Of a DNA stretch of 56,822 nt, positions 34,015 through 42,558 are shown piece by piece. The stretch is from assembly GCA_039798785.1 (NCBI GenBank), contig JBDKFG010000028.1, forward strand, positions 1 through 56,822. The letters run 5' to 3'. Position numbers and translations under genes: made by a program. The notes beneath the pieces were generated by a model that was not told the origin of the DNA, made no database searches, and saw only the letters and a program-made list of their open reading frames with translations. This stretch comes from Verrucomicrobiota bacterium. Lineage in GTDB: Bacteria; Verrucomicrobiota; Lentisphaeria; Lentisphaerales; Lentisphaeraceae. Each line of letters starts with the position of its first letter. Position 1 is the first letter of the stretch.

Positions 34015-34676
34015 CAGAGTTGGATCTGGAAGGCTGCCAGCTTGCCCGGGAAAGAGTCCTTGAAATCCTTCTTGGTCAGCAAATTCGTGAAGTGAGTTTT
34101 TGCCTCGTCAAAGCGGCCGAGGCGGCGGAGGAGCTCGCCTTTCACCAGAAGAGCCGTGTCCACCTGCTGCTGAACTTCCGGCTTGGGCTGGGCCTCGACT
34201 TCTTTCAAGAAGAGGTCGAAATACTTGAGACTGAGCTCGAGATTCTCTTTGAGATGAGCGGCTTCCTCTTCCTCCTGCCAGGAGGCTTTGAGGAAGATGA
34301 AGGCTCGTTCCTGAGCCGGTTTCTCCAAGCCTTCGAACAAACGCCCGAGCAGGTGGTAGGAGGCGCGCTTGTCGAGCTTCTTGAAAGCCTCGCCGGCGAC
34401 GATCACCTTGCACTTGTCGAGCTCGGCCTGCGGCAGCTTCTGGTCGAAGATGACGAAATGGCATTTCGGGCAGACCGGAACACGCCAAGGGGCAGCGATG
34501 GCGCCCAACGGCTTGAGGTCGAGCCGCATGTCGTTCTGGGTGCCCGACATGTCCATGGTCGTCTTGAAGGTGTGTTGGCAAAGAGGGCAATTGGCATCCG
34601 TCTCCGCTTGCGTGCTGGCGGACGCGTTCAAGATGAAGAAAAGCCAGGACAGGAGAAGGCTCAGGTAGATTTTCAT
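33963..34676 (-). CDS. DUF2225-like protein (two CxxC pairs plus TPR-like helices) with signal peptide
   Basis: CPLCQHTF, VCPKCHF, FLKASW, KGELLRRLGRFDEA. Confidence 0.72.
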   Translation of the reverse strand: MKIYLSLLLSWLFFILNASASTQAETDANCPLCQHTFKTTMDMSGTQNDMRLDLKPLGAIAAPWRVPVCPKCHFVIFDQKLPQAELDKCKVIVAGEAFKKLDKRASYHLLGRLFEGLEKPAQERAFIFLKASWQEEEEAAHLKENLELSLKYFDLFLKEVEAQPKPEVQQQVDTALLVKGELLRRLGRFDEAKTHFTNLLTKKDFKDSFPGKLAAFQIQLCDNKDDKIHRVSELKQP

Positions 34677-34759
34677 GTTTCCTCGGCGGGTTGTTGGGTT
34701 GAAGTGGATTGAATTTCCTTCAGTGAAGTTTCCCCGCTTCGAGCTGTCTTGCAAAATAT

Positions 34760-35254
34760 TCATTTGCCTCCTTGATCGTCATAGTTGATTTCGTAAAATG
34801 AGATATTTCTTTTTAAAAAATCGCATTTAACTCGGGCATAAAGAGATTCATCCCTGAACCCCATGACTATGATGCTGTCGTCCACATTGCGCGCCACAAA
34901 AGACACTCTATTGAGGGTTTCAGGCAAGGGCCGAAACCAATCCGCAAGGGAATTCATCTCCTCTATTTCCCTCTCTGGATAGGCAGTCGCATCCACGGCA
35001 AAAATCTGTCCCCAAGGGAAATAGAGGGTGTGGCCATACTTGGAGAAAAATCCCGGCTTGAAGGTGAATCCATGGGTTTCATTCTCGGCAGTGCAGGCCT
35101 CCAATTCAGCGAGAAAGGCGTTGTCCAAGGGGCAATCCAAGCCATTACCGTTGTTGTAGATCCACATCCTGTCCAAGTCTGCGCTGACCGCACGCAAGGA
35201 CAAGGCGAGATTTCCCAGTTCAGTATTCTCGATGGTCAAGCTCAGGAACTTCAT
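34760..35254 (-). CDS. Low-GC hypothetical protein (164 aa) immediately downstream of the retron RT
   Basis: ATG at 35254, 2 nt after the RT stop; MKFLSLTIENTELGN...; corresponds to the C-terminal part of track ORF 34760..36148. Confidence 0.7.
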   Translation of the reverse strand: MKFLSLTIENTELGNLALSLRAVSADLDRMWIYNNGNGLDCPLDNAFLAELEACTAENETHGFTFKPGFFSKYGHTLYFPWGQIFAVDATAYPEREIEEMNSLADWFRPLPETLNRVSFVARNVDDSIIVMGFRDESLYARVKCDFLKRNISFYEINYDDQGGK

Positions 35255-35256
35255 CG

Positions 35257-36849
35257 TCACTTCCAGAACTGCCACCAGGCCGGCTTCTGCTCGCCTGGGG
35301 CAGGGCTGGCGGCCGGAGCGACTGGCGGCGGCGTCCCTGGCGAGGCCGCTGGAGCCGGGGCGGCAGGCGCAACAGACGCGAGGGCGGGCTTGGCTTCGCG
35401 CTCGCAACGCAGCAGGGGGCGGAGGGAGCGGCTCGGCTTGGGGACGCGCTGGTAGCGCCAGCCGTACTTGGCGATCAGCGCTTCGACCTGGTCGAGGTAG
35501 CGCTGACCTTTGATCGGATCGACCATCTTGACATAGAGGGCGTAGCCCTTGGCGGCGGCGAGCACGTGATGCGACTGCCCCCAGGTCTTGCCAGCCGGGC
35601 CGCTCTTGCCAATTTGATGCAGCAGGGAGCGGAAGGCGTGGAGCTTCTTGCGGCAGATCGAGGGCTTTTCGTGGACGACGATGCCGGTGACTTCGCGGCA
35701 GGCGCCTTGGCGGAGGATCTTGGTCTTCTTGGCCTGGATCTTGAGGCCTTCGCGACGGACGATGTAGTTGATCTGCCGCATCAAGCGGCCAACCGACTGG
35801 GTGTCGGGATCGCTTTTGGCAGAGAAGCTCATGTCGTCGGCGTAGCGGCTGTAGACGAATCCGGCCTTGCTGGCGCAGTGGTGCATGCGCTGGTCGAGGT
35901 GGCGGCAGATGATGTTGGTGAGGGCCGGGCTGCAGGGAGAACCCTGCGGCAGGAGGCGTTCGCCGGTAGCGACATGCCAGGTCTCGCCGTCCATTTCGAC
36001 CTCTTCGCCGGGCGGCTCGGTGGCGACCAGGGCGAGGATGGTGGCGATCTTGTCGCTGTAGCCGAGGTGGCGGAAGAGGCCTTTGACACGGCGGAAGCTG
36101 AAGCTCGGGAAGAAGTTCTCGAGGTCGATGTTGATCAGGATCTTGCAACCCAGGTGCGGCAGGGCGTTGCTGACGATGCTGCGTCCGGGAACGAAGCCGT
36201 GGGCGGCGTCGTGCAGCGGCACCTTTTCGAGCAACTCCTTGAGGATCCAGCTCTGAGCTTCTTTGAGGTGGCGCTTGGGGGCAGAGATGAGGCGTTCGCC
36301 GCCGCTCTTTTTCTTCAGCTTGAAGCGGCGGTAGTGGGAGACCCTCGACACCTGGCGGTGGAAGGCGAGGAAACGCAGGGCGCGCACCGACATTCCCATC
36401 GCGGCGGCGAGGGCGGCTTCGTCGGCGAAATCGGGCAGGTGATTGGTCGCCAGGGCTTCGGGTCGGCTGACCTTGTCGGACAGGCCGCCGGAGACGCCTT
36501 CGCCGAGGTAGACGATCTCGGTGTCCTGGCGGGACTTCCAGGCTTCGGCGCGTTGGACCGCTTCGGCGGCGCGGCGCTGTTTGTTTTCGTGGCGTTTGCG
36601 GCGGGAATCGATGAGGCGCTGGCGCTTCAGGGCGACGAGCTGGCGGGCGGAGTCGCCGAGGCGGGCCTGCTCGCTGCCCAGCGCCTTGAGCTCGTTGCGC
36701 AGCTCGCCGGCGCGCCGGATCTCATCGGCAGGATCGTCGGGAAGGACGCCCTTCTCCGGCCAGAAGCCGAGGCGGACCATTTCCTTGATGACGACGGCAT
36801 CTTTGCCTTCGCCGAGGACGCGTTGTCGCAACTGCTGTTCTTCGTTCAT
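35257..36849 (-). CDS. Retron-type reverse transcriptase (long N-terminal extension, myxobacterial/type XIII-like)
   Basis: KKSGGERLISAP, AHGFVPGRSIVSNALPH (retron NAxxH), DLENFFPS, LPQGSPCSPALTN, YSRYADD, REVTGIVV (retron VTG). No maturase domain. Confidence 0.93.
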   Translation of the reverse strand: MNEEQQLRQRVLGEGKDAVVIKEMVRLGFWPEKGVLPDDPADEIRRAGELRNELKALGSEQARLGDSARQLVALKRQRLIDSRRKRHENKQRRAAEAVQRAEAWKSRQDTEIVYLGEGVSGGLSDKVSRPEALATNHLPDFADEAALAAAMGMSVRALRFLAFHRQVSRVSHYRRFKLKKKSGGERLISAPKRHLKEAQSWILKELLEKVPLHDAAHGFVPGRSIVSNALPHLGCKILINIDLENFFPSFSFRRVKGLFRHLGYSDKIATILALVATEPPGEEVEMDGETWHVATGERLLPQGSPCSPALTNIICRHLDQRMHHCASKAGFVYSRYADDMSFSAKSDPDTQSVGRLMRQINYIVRREGLKIQAKKTKILRQGACREVTGIVVHEKPSICRKKLHAFRSLLHQIGKSGPAGKTWGQSHHVLAAAKGYALYVKMVDPIKGQRYLDQVEALIAKYGWRYQRVPKPSRSLRPLLRCEREAKPALASVAPAAPAPAASPGTPPPVAPAASPAPGEQKPAWWQFWK

Positions 36850-36894
36850 GGGGTTCTGCGGGGCTTGTGGGTCACAGGGAACTGCGGGGGTTTC

Positions 36895-37109
36895 CGGCGC
36901 GCCAGCCGTCTTCGAGTGTTCTCGGGACTGGAGGCCTCAACTCAAGTCGGCGACCACCTATATCACATCTCGCTTCGCAGAAGCCGCTCCGGAGATGTGA
37001 TATAGGTGGTACAGCCGACACAGTCGAGAGGGCGCCAGTGAGGAATGGGAAGCCAGGTCTCAAGGGTGACGAAACATCACCCGGGTTGCAAGGTCTGGCT
37101 GGCGCGCCG
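36895..37109 (-). ncRNA. Retron msr-msd ncRNA, copy A (RT-proximal)
   Basis: a1/a2 13-bp perfect IR at 36895-36907 / 37097-37109. Candidate branching G at 37089 (CCTTG). msr hairpin GGGTGA..TCACCC. msd 19-bp perfect stem at 36953-36971 / 36992-37010. Confidence 0.85.
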
Positions 37110-37126
37110 AAAGTGTTTGGAGAGGT

Positions 37127-37347
37127 GTCCCGGGGAAGCCGGCCTTCGAGTGTTCTCGGGACTGGGCGTCTCAACTCAAGTCGGCGACCACTAGTGTGCG
37201 CTCTTGCTTCGCAGAAGCCGCTCCGAAGAGCGCACACTAGTGGTACAGCCGACACAGTCGAGAGGCGACCAGTGAGGAATGGGAAGCCAGGTCTCAAGGG
37301 TGACGAAACATCACCCGGGTTGCAAGGGTTTCCGGATTCCCCGGGAC
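37127..37347 (-). ncRNA. Retron msr-msd ncRNA, copy B
   Basis: a1/a2 16-bp IR with 1 mismatch at 37127-37142 / 37332-37347. Candidate branching G at 37323. msd 19-bp perfect stem at 37187-37205 / 37226-37244. 184-bp core repeats copy A at a 234-bp period. Confidence 0.85.
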
Positions 37348-37366
37348 GATTCTTTGATGAGTCAGT

Positions 37367-39007
37367 TCAGCGTGACTCCTCTTGTTGAAGTTGGCGGAGA
37401 GCGATCATGTGGGCGCAGGGGCCGCGGCGGAGGCGGTTCTGCTGATAGAAGTTGCACTGGCAGGAGCCGTCCTTGAGGGCGAGGTCGGCGTCGATGACGA
37501 GGCGGCATTCGTAGCTTTGCTTCTTGTCCTTGACCTGGCCGGAGAGGATCTTGCGACCCTGCTGGACTTCCTGGCCGGCGAGTTTGACCTGGCGGGCCTT
37601 GACCAGGGCGGCGGCCTCGGCTTCGCGCTCGCTGCCGAAGCGCAGCTTGTCGAAGGGGAGGGTGTCGCGGCTGAGTTCGCGGGCCCGGTAGAGGCCGTTC
37701 TTGAGGTCGTAGACGGCGCGGCCGGCCTGGGTCCAGGCGCCGAGGGCGCCGAGCACGGTCTTGCGGTCGAGGCCGCAGCGGCTGGCGAGCTCGTCGGGGC
37801 GGGCCGACCAGTTTTCCTTGAGCTTCTGGAAGACCAGCATCTTGGTGAGATCGTCGGTGTTGGCGCGGGGCGCCATGAGGTCGAAGTTGCCGCATTTCGA
37901 CCAGTCGTTGGCGGTCCAGCCGGAGAGGCCGAGGGTGAAGCTGATGTCGCCGAGGTCGGCGATGTAGAAGGAGGGCATGCCGTCGCCGAGCAGCTTGATG
38001 GTGAATTTCCGGGCGATCGGGATGAGTCGTTCGAGGATGTGGAGGCGGCGGCGGCCCCAGATCCGGATTTCCTCTTCCTTCGGGCCTTGGTAGATCGAGC
38101 GATGGCAGACCAGCTCGGTGTTCCAGGGTTCGAGGAGGATGCGCACCGGGGCGCCGGGCTTGAGCTTGAAGCGGAGCGAGCGCGGACCGAAGAGCTCTTT
38201 GCGGCGACGGAGGTGGAAGCAGAGATTGTGCAGGTCGACGGGCGAGAGGTCGAGGCTGACCATGGGCAGGCTCATCGCCGAGCTGACCTGGAGGAAGCCG
38301 CGGACCCAGGAATCGGGCAGGTCGATCTTGACTTCGCGGAAGCTCTCCTGGTTCTGCACCTCCATTTCGAAGCCGCCCGGATCGATGTCGAAGCGGGTGT
38401 TTTTGTAGCTGCGCAGCTTCTGGAATTCCTGGAAGAGTTCGGCCGAGTAGTCGATGTTGGTGGTGCCGCAGGCGAAGGCGCCGGTGCAGCGCAGGGCCTC
38501 GTAGTTGACCTGCAGGCAGCCGTAGCTCGATTCGTCGCGGGAGAAGCATTCGAGGAAGACGCAGTCGGGGTGGACGCTGATCACCGGGTCGAGGACGTAC
38601 CAGGACTTCATGTCGGTCTTGCGCAGGTGGTCGAAATAGCGCTGCTTCGCCTGCTGCAGAGGCAGCCAGCGGGTGTGTCGATTCTTCTCCAGTTTTTCCA
38701 GCTCGACACGCTTGCTTTCGATCTGCTGCTTGACCCCGGCGCGCTGGGCGCTGATCTCCTGCAGGTCGGCGAGCTCGCGGCCGGCAGCCCAGGCGAGGTA
38801 GGCGCTGCGGTCCTTCTCCTGCTGGCGCAGGTCGGAGACGACGATCGAATGCAGGGCGCTGACCGCTTCGCGGAAAGGCAGGACCTGCACCAGCTCGCCT
38901 TGGAAAAAGGTCGGGGGACGGCGGGTGTCGGGCGCGAAGCTGAGGCTGCTGGCGGCGGCGTCGCTGCTGACGGAGGAGCTGCCGCGGTAGGCGAAATCAA
39001 ACTCCAT
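37367..39007 (-). CDS. SWIM zinc-finger protein, retron-associated
   Basis: C-terminal CQC-(x11)-PCAH SWIM motif; LDPVISVHPDCVFLECFSRDESSY; WVRGFLQV; overlaps the upstream WGR gene. Confidence 0.85.
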   Translation of the reverse strand: MEFDFAYRGSSSVSSDAAASSLSFAPDTRRPPTFFQGELVQVLPFREAVSALHSIVVSDLRQQEKDRSAYLAWAAGRELADLQEISAQRAGVKQQIESKRVELEKLEKNRHTRWLPLQQAKQRYFDHLRKTDMKSWYVLDPVISVHPDCVFLECFSRDESSYGCLQVNYEALRCTGAFACGTTNIDYSAELFQEFQKLRSYKNTRFDIDPGGFEMEVQNQESFREVKIDLPDSWVRGFLQVSSAMSLPMVSLDLSPVDLHNLCFHLRRRKELFGPRSLRFKLKPGAPVRILLEPWNTELVCHRSIYQGPKEEEIRIWGRRRLHILERLIPIARKFTIKLLGDGMPSFYIADLGDISFTLGLSGWTANDWSKCGNFDLMAPRANTDDLTKMLVFQKLKENWSARPDELASRCGLDRKTVLGALGAWTQAGRAVYDLKNGLYRARELSRDTLPFDKLRFGSEREAEAAALVKARQVKLAGQEVQQGRKILSGQVKDKKQSYECRLVIDADLALKDGSCQCNFYQQNRLRRGPCAHMIALRQLQQEESR

Positions 39008-42000
39008 GGACGGCTCCGGGGCTGAGGATTCGGACCGGGCTGTCGAGCAAGGGCCAGCGTTGGCGAAGCTTGACCAGCACCTGCAAGCAGGCAGCCTTCA
39101 TCTCGACGGCGCAACTGGCCGAGTGGTCGCGGAACAGCGGCAGCAGGATGCCGGCGTTCTCTTCGCTGAGGAGGGCCTGTTTTTCGAGGAAGGGGAGGAG
39201 GCGTTTCTTGACGATGCGGGCGCTATTGACCCGGGCCAGGCTGGAGGCGAAGTAGGGCAGCAAGCGGCGCAGCTCGGCGGGTTTTCCGGCGGCTTGTTCG
39301 ACGAAGCCGGAGGTGAAGAGCTGGACGTTGGGCGAGGGGTGTTCGCTGAGCTGCAGCAGGTATTGCAGCTGGTCGCCTTCCTGGAAGCGGCGGATCAGCA
39401 TCTGGCGTCCGAAGGCCTGGACCTCGGCGTCGGCGCAGTCGCAGATGGCGATGAGCACCTCAGCGCTGAGATCCGGGCACTCGTGGAAGATCTTGAAGAG
39501 GAAGTCGCGGCTGTCGCGCCAGGTCGTGTCGAGACAGGGGACGAAGCTTAGCAAGTCGCCGAGGTAGCGGCCGGAGTGGGCGCTGAAGTACTTCCGGGCT
39601 TCGTCGCGGACCAGGGCGTTCTCGTTGACCAGGAGGCGGCGCAGCGCCAGGGCGTCGAGGCCCTCCGGCGGCAGGCGGTCGATGAGGCGGGCGCCGACGA
39701 GGTTGGCGGCGTTGACCTTGACGCTGAGGAGCTTGAGGGCGAGCTCGGGCGGGCATTGGCGCAGGTGCGGCAGGAGCGGGCCGCTGAGGAGCTGCAACAG
39801 ATCTTCGAGGACTTCCGCCTTGAGCCGGCCGCGGATGAGCAGGGCGGCGAGGGCTTCGCAGCAGCGCCGGGCGGCATCAGGCGAGTGATCACAAACCCGC
39901 AACAGCAAGGCGCCGATCAGGGGGCGCAGGTCGTCGTGGGGACTGCTGGCGAGGGCGAGAAGCAGCTCTTCGCGGGCGAGCAGCTCTGCGTCGCGATAGC
40001 GGCCGAGGAGGCGGACGCCGCTGTCGCGCAGGGCGGCGGTACCGGCATTGAGCAGCGCCTGGAGCAGCCAGGGCGGAATCTGCTCCGGCTTCAGATCCTG
40101 CTCGACCAGGATCGCCGCGGCGAGCTCTTGGACTTCGAGACAGGGGTGCGACAGGAAGTCGAGCACCAGGCCGAGCGGCAGCTGCGGGAAGCTGGGGCGG
40201 AGCAGCTCGACCGCGTGGCGTCGGAGATCCTGGCGGCGTATCTCCTCGCTTTCGGCGGCGAGGCGGGTGGCGACGCGGCGGACGAGTTCTTCGCGAATTC
40301 CTGGCTGAGCTTGCTGCCGGAGGAAGAAATGTCGCGCGAGGGAACGGGTCGCATCGGCCGGGGCGCAGATCAGCGCCAGGAGCAGATCGACCGATCCGGA
40401 GGACTCGGCGGCGTAGCGCTGCATCGCCTGGGCGGCGGCGGCTTGCAGCTCGGCCAGAGGCGAATGGAGCAAGCCGGCGATCAGGCGGGGACGGAATCCC
40501 TCCTCCAGCCGGGGCAATGCCAGCTCCAGGGCGAAGCGGCCGGTGACCGGATAAGGCGCCGCCAGGATCGACTCGAGATCCTCGTCGCTGATCTGGCTCC
40601 AGAAAGGCTTGAGTTCGCGCAGGGGCTTGACCGCGAACTCGTGGACCACCGCGGCGCGGCTGCGCTTGAGCAGTTCGACGAGAGCGCCAGGAGCGGCGTC
40701 CCAAAGCTCGGGGAAGGACTCTTCGCGTTGGGCCGGGACCGGGCTCGAACCCGGGACGAAGCCGCCGCGGCAGCGGTAGGATTTGCTCTTGTCGCCGAGC
40801 TCGTAGCGCGGGCTGTTGCCGTAGAGGAGGAAGTTGACGCTGATGAAGCGGGCGTAGCGGTCCCACCAGGTTTCGACGTTGCGGCCTTGGCCGCGGCCGG
40901 TCCACTCGTATTTGCTGGTGCAATAAGGCTTGATGCCGTCGTCATCCTTGAGCTGCACCAGGGTGGCGGCGGCGAAGCGGACGAAGTCGGGGTGGCGGAG
41001 CTGGCCGAGGCGTTCAAGCGTATGCCAGGAGCGGCGGCGCAGGTAGTCGCGGGTCTTGCTGCCGTAGGCGAGGGGCGGGGGATCTTTCTTCAGCTCGGCG
41101 TTTTTGACAAAGCGCGAGCCGAGCTCGGGATGGCTGAGGTGGAAGCCGCCGTTCCAGGTGGAGGAAGGCGAGCGGTAATAAGCCGGGGTGGTTTCGAGGC
41201 GGTGGGCGATGAGGCCGAAGACCGCCGCGTCGCCGCGCTGTTCGGCGAGTTTATAGAGATGGCGGATGAGATGGAAGCTGCCGGGGCGCAAGGGGCAGGC
41301 GGCGGTGAAGGCGAGCAGCCAGTCGCGGATCAGCGGCTCGTCGAGGAGATAGAGATTCTCCACCAGCAGCGGGTCGGGCTGCTCGGCGAGAACCGATTCC
41401 ATGCCGCGGGCGAAGGCCGTGAGATCTTGAGCTGCGAGAGCTTGCGACAGGGGTTGCGGCAGCTCCTTGAGGATCTCCTGACGGCAGGCCTCGCGGGCCT
41501 CGCCCTGGGAGATCAAGAGCGAGCTGGAGAGGGCGGCGCGGCGGGTTGAGCGGGTGTCGAAATTCTTGTCGGGGCCGGACTGCATCAGAGTCTGGAGCGC
41601 CGGCAGGTGGCGCTCCTCGCCGCAGCGGCCGAGGGCCCAGGCGATGCTGTAGTTGAGGAAGGGGTCTTTGCCGATCAGCGGGAGCATCAGATCGGCGGCG
41701 GCGAGGAGCTGCATTTCACCGGCTCGCCAGATGGCGCGGGAGAGCCGCCATTTCGCCTTGGCGGGGCGCTGCAGGCGGGCGACGATCGCCTGAGCCTGCT
41801 GCAGGTTGCCGCCGCGGAAGCTCAGGTCCAAGGTGGCGGCCGGCTTTGCGGGAGCCGCAGGAGAGGACGACGCCACCGGCGCGGCCACCGCTTCGGCGAG
41901 GCTGCGGCGATAACCCTTGTCCTCTTTCTCCTTGATCAGCTCATTAAAAAGACGGCGGGCCTTGGTCTCGTCGACCGGCACCACCGTCTTGCTGCCGTCC

Positions 42001-42137
42001 TTGAGGGCGCCGTCGCGACGGCCGAAGCGGAAGTTGACGACGAAGGCGCCCGCGGAGACTTCGCACAGGTCCACTTCGTAGACCTTGTCCGAATTGCCCT
42101 GCTTGAAGTACAAGGTGACCTGCTCGATCAATTTCAC
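38997..42137 (-). CDS. WGR-domain protein with HEAT/ARM repeats, retron-associated
   Basis: N-terminal SDKVYEVDL..VNFRFGRR..LIKEKEDKGY (WGR-like), followed by ~900 aa of Leu/Ala-rich helical repeats. Confidence 0.85.
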   Translation of the reverse strand: MKLIEQVTLYFKQGNSDKVYEVDLCEVSAGAFVVNFRFGRRDGALKDGSKTVVPVDETKARRLFNELIKEKEDKGYRRSLAEAVAAPVASSSPAAPAKPAATLDLSFRGGNLQQAQAIVARLQRPAKAKWRLSRAIWRAGEMQLLAAADLMLPLIGKDPFLNYSIAWALGRCGEERHLPALQTLMQSGPDKNFDTRSTRRAALSSSLLISQGEAREACRQEILKELPQPLSQALAAQDLTAFARGMESVLAEQPDPLLVENLYLLDEPLIRDWLLAFTAACPLRPGSFHLIRHLYKLAEQRGDAAVFGLIAHRLETTPAYYRSPSSTWNGGFHLSHPELGSRFVKNAELKKDPPPLAYGSKTRDYLRRRSWHTLERLGQLRHPDFVRFAAATLVQLKDDDGIKPYCTSKYEWTGRGQGRNVETWWDRYARFISVNFLLYGNSPRYELGDKSKSYRCRGGFVPGSSPVPAQREESFPELWDAAPGALVELLKRSRAAVVHEFAVKPLRELKPFWSQISDEDLESILAAPYPVTGRFALELALPRLEEGFRPRLIAGLLHSPLAELQAAAAQAMQRYAAESSGSVDLLLALICAPADATRSLARHFFLRQQAQPGIREELVRRVATRLAAESEEIRRQDLRRHAVELLRPSFPQLPLGLVLDFLSHPCLEVQELAAAILVEQDLKPEQIPPWLLQALLNAGTAALRDSGVRLLGRYRDAELLAREELLLALASSPHDDLRPLIGALLLRVCDHSPDAARRCCEALAALLIRGRLKAEVLEDLLQLLSGPLLPHLRQCPPELALKLLSVKVNAANLVGARLIDRLPPEGLDALALRRLLVNENALVRDEARKYFSAHSGRYLGDLLSFVPCLDTTWRDSRDFLFKIFHECPDLSAEVLIAICDCADAEVQAFGRQMLIRRFQEGDQLQYLLQLSEHPSPNVQLFTSGFVEQAAGKPAELRRLLPYFASSLARVNSARIVKKRLLPFLEKQALLSEENAGILLPLFRDHSASCAVEMKAACLQVLVKLRQRWPLLDSPVRILSPGAVHGV

Positions 42138-42199
42138 CTGGGTTTTTCTCCGCCAATAGTGGCAGTATACATCCCCGCGGATCTCGACTTCAAGAGCGC

Positions 42200-42514
42200 T
42201 CAGTCAGATTCAGGAGAGAATTTTCCCGGAGGCTGAGAATCGAGAAGCCACACTTCGGTGCCGATCGGAATGTCAGACTTGCGAAAGCCTAGCGGCAGGC
42301 AGATCGGGATGCACACACGCTTGTTGGGACCGTCAAGAAATTCAATCGAATTGAGATAAGTGCGAATGATGCAGCCGTCAGGAAGTCGAAGTTCAATCGG
42401 ATCTTTCGCATAAAGCAAGATCCCCTGATCTGACTTCTCATCCAGACCTGGGACCAGGACGCAGCCCCGGCCCGAGATCTCAAAAACCTCCTCAACGACG
42501 CACAAAAAACGCAT
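42200..42514 (-). CDS. Small low-GC hypothetical protein (EF-Tu domain 2-like beta-barrel start)
   Basis: VEEVFEISGRGCVLVPG...DIPIGTEVW; GAGGTG RBS. Confidence 0.65.
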   Translation of the reverse strand: MRFLCVVEEVFEISGRGCVLVPGLDEKSDQGILLYAKDPIELRLPDGCIIRTYLNSIEFLDGPNKRVCIPICLPLGFRKSDIPIGTEVWLLDSQPPGKFSPESD

Positions 42515-42558
42515 GTTTCACCTCTGTGTCCTCTGTGCCTCTGTGGTGAATCAGCTCT

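Noticed and set aside
35255..36148. N-terminal 298 aa of track ORF 34760..36148
   Set aside because: An out-of-frame overlap with the RT; the real gene most plausibly starts at 35254.
31310..36849. The RT as the protein of the nearby group II intron fragment
   Set aside because: The RT lies upstream of the intron 5' end, lacks a maturase domain and has NAxxH/VTG retron signatures.
36910..37327. CRISPR array or DGR TR/VR interpretation of the repeat
   Set aside because: Units are 184 bp with self-complementary variable parts and no cas genes. Differences are compensatory rather than adenine-specific, and the RT has retron motifs.
36867..37388. ORFs 36867..37388 (+) and 36872..37297 (-) with internal repeats
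   Set aside because: They are translations of the duplicated ncRNA; the variation preserves base pairing, not codons.
42200..42225. TCAGTCAGATTC resembling the sugar operator half-site
   Set aside because: Single copy overlapping a stop codon, with no 22-bp repeat or promoter context.
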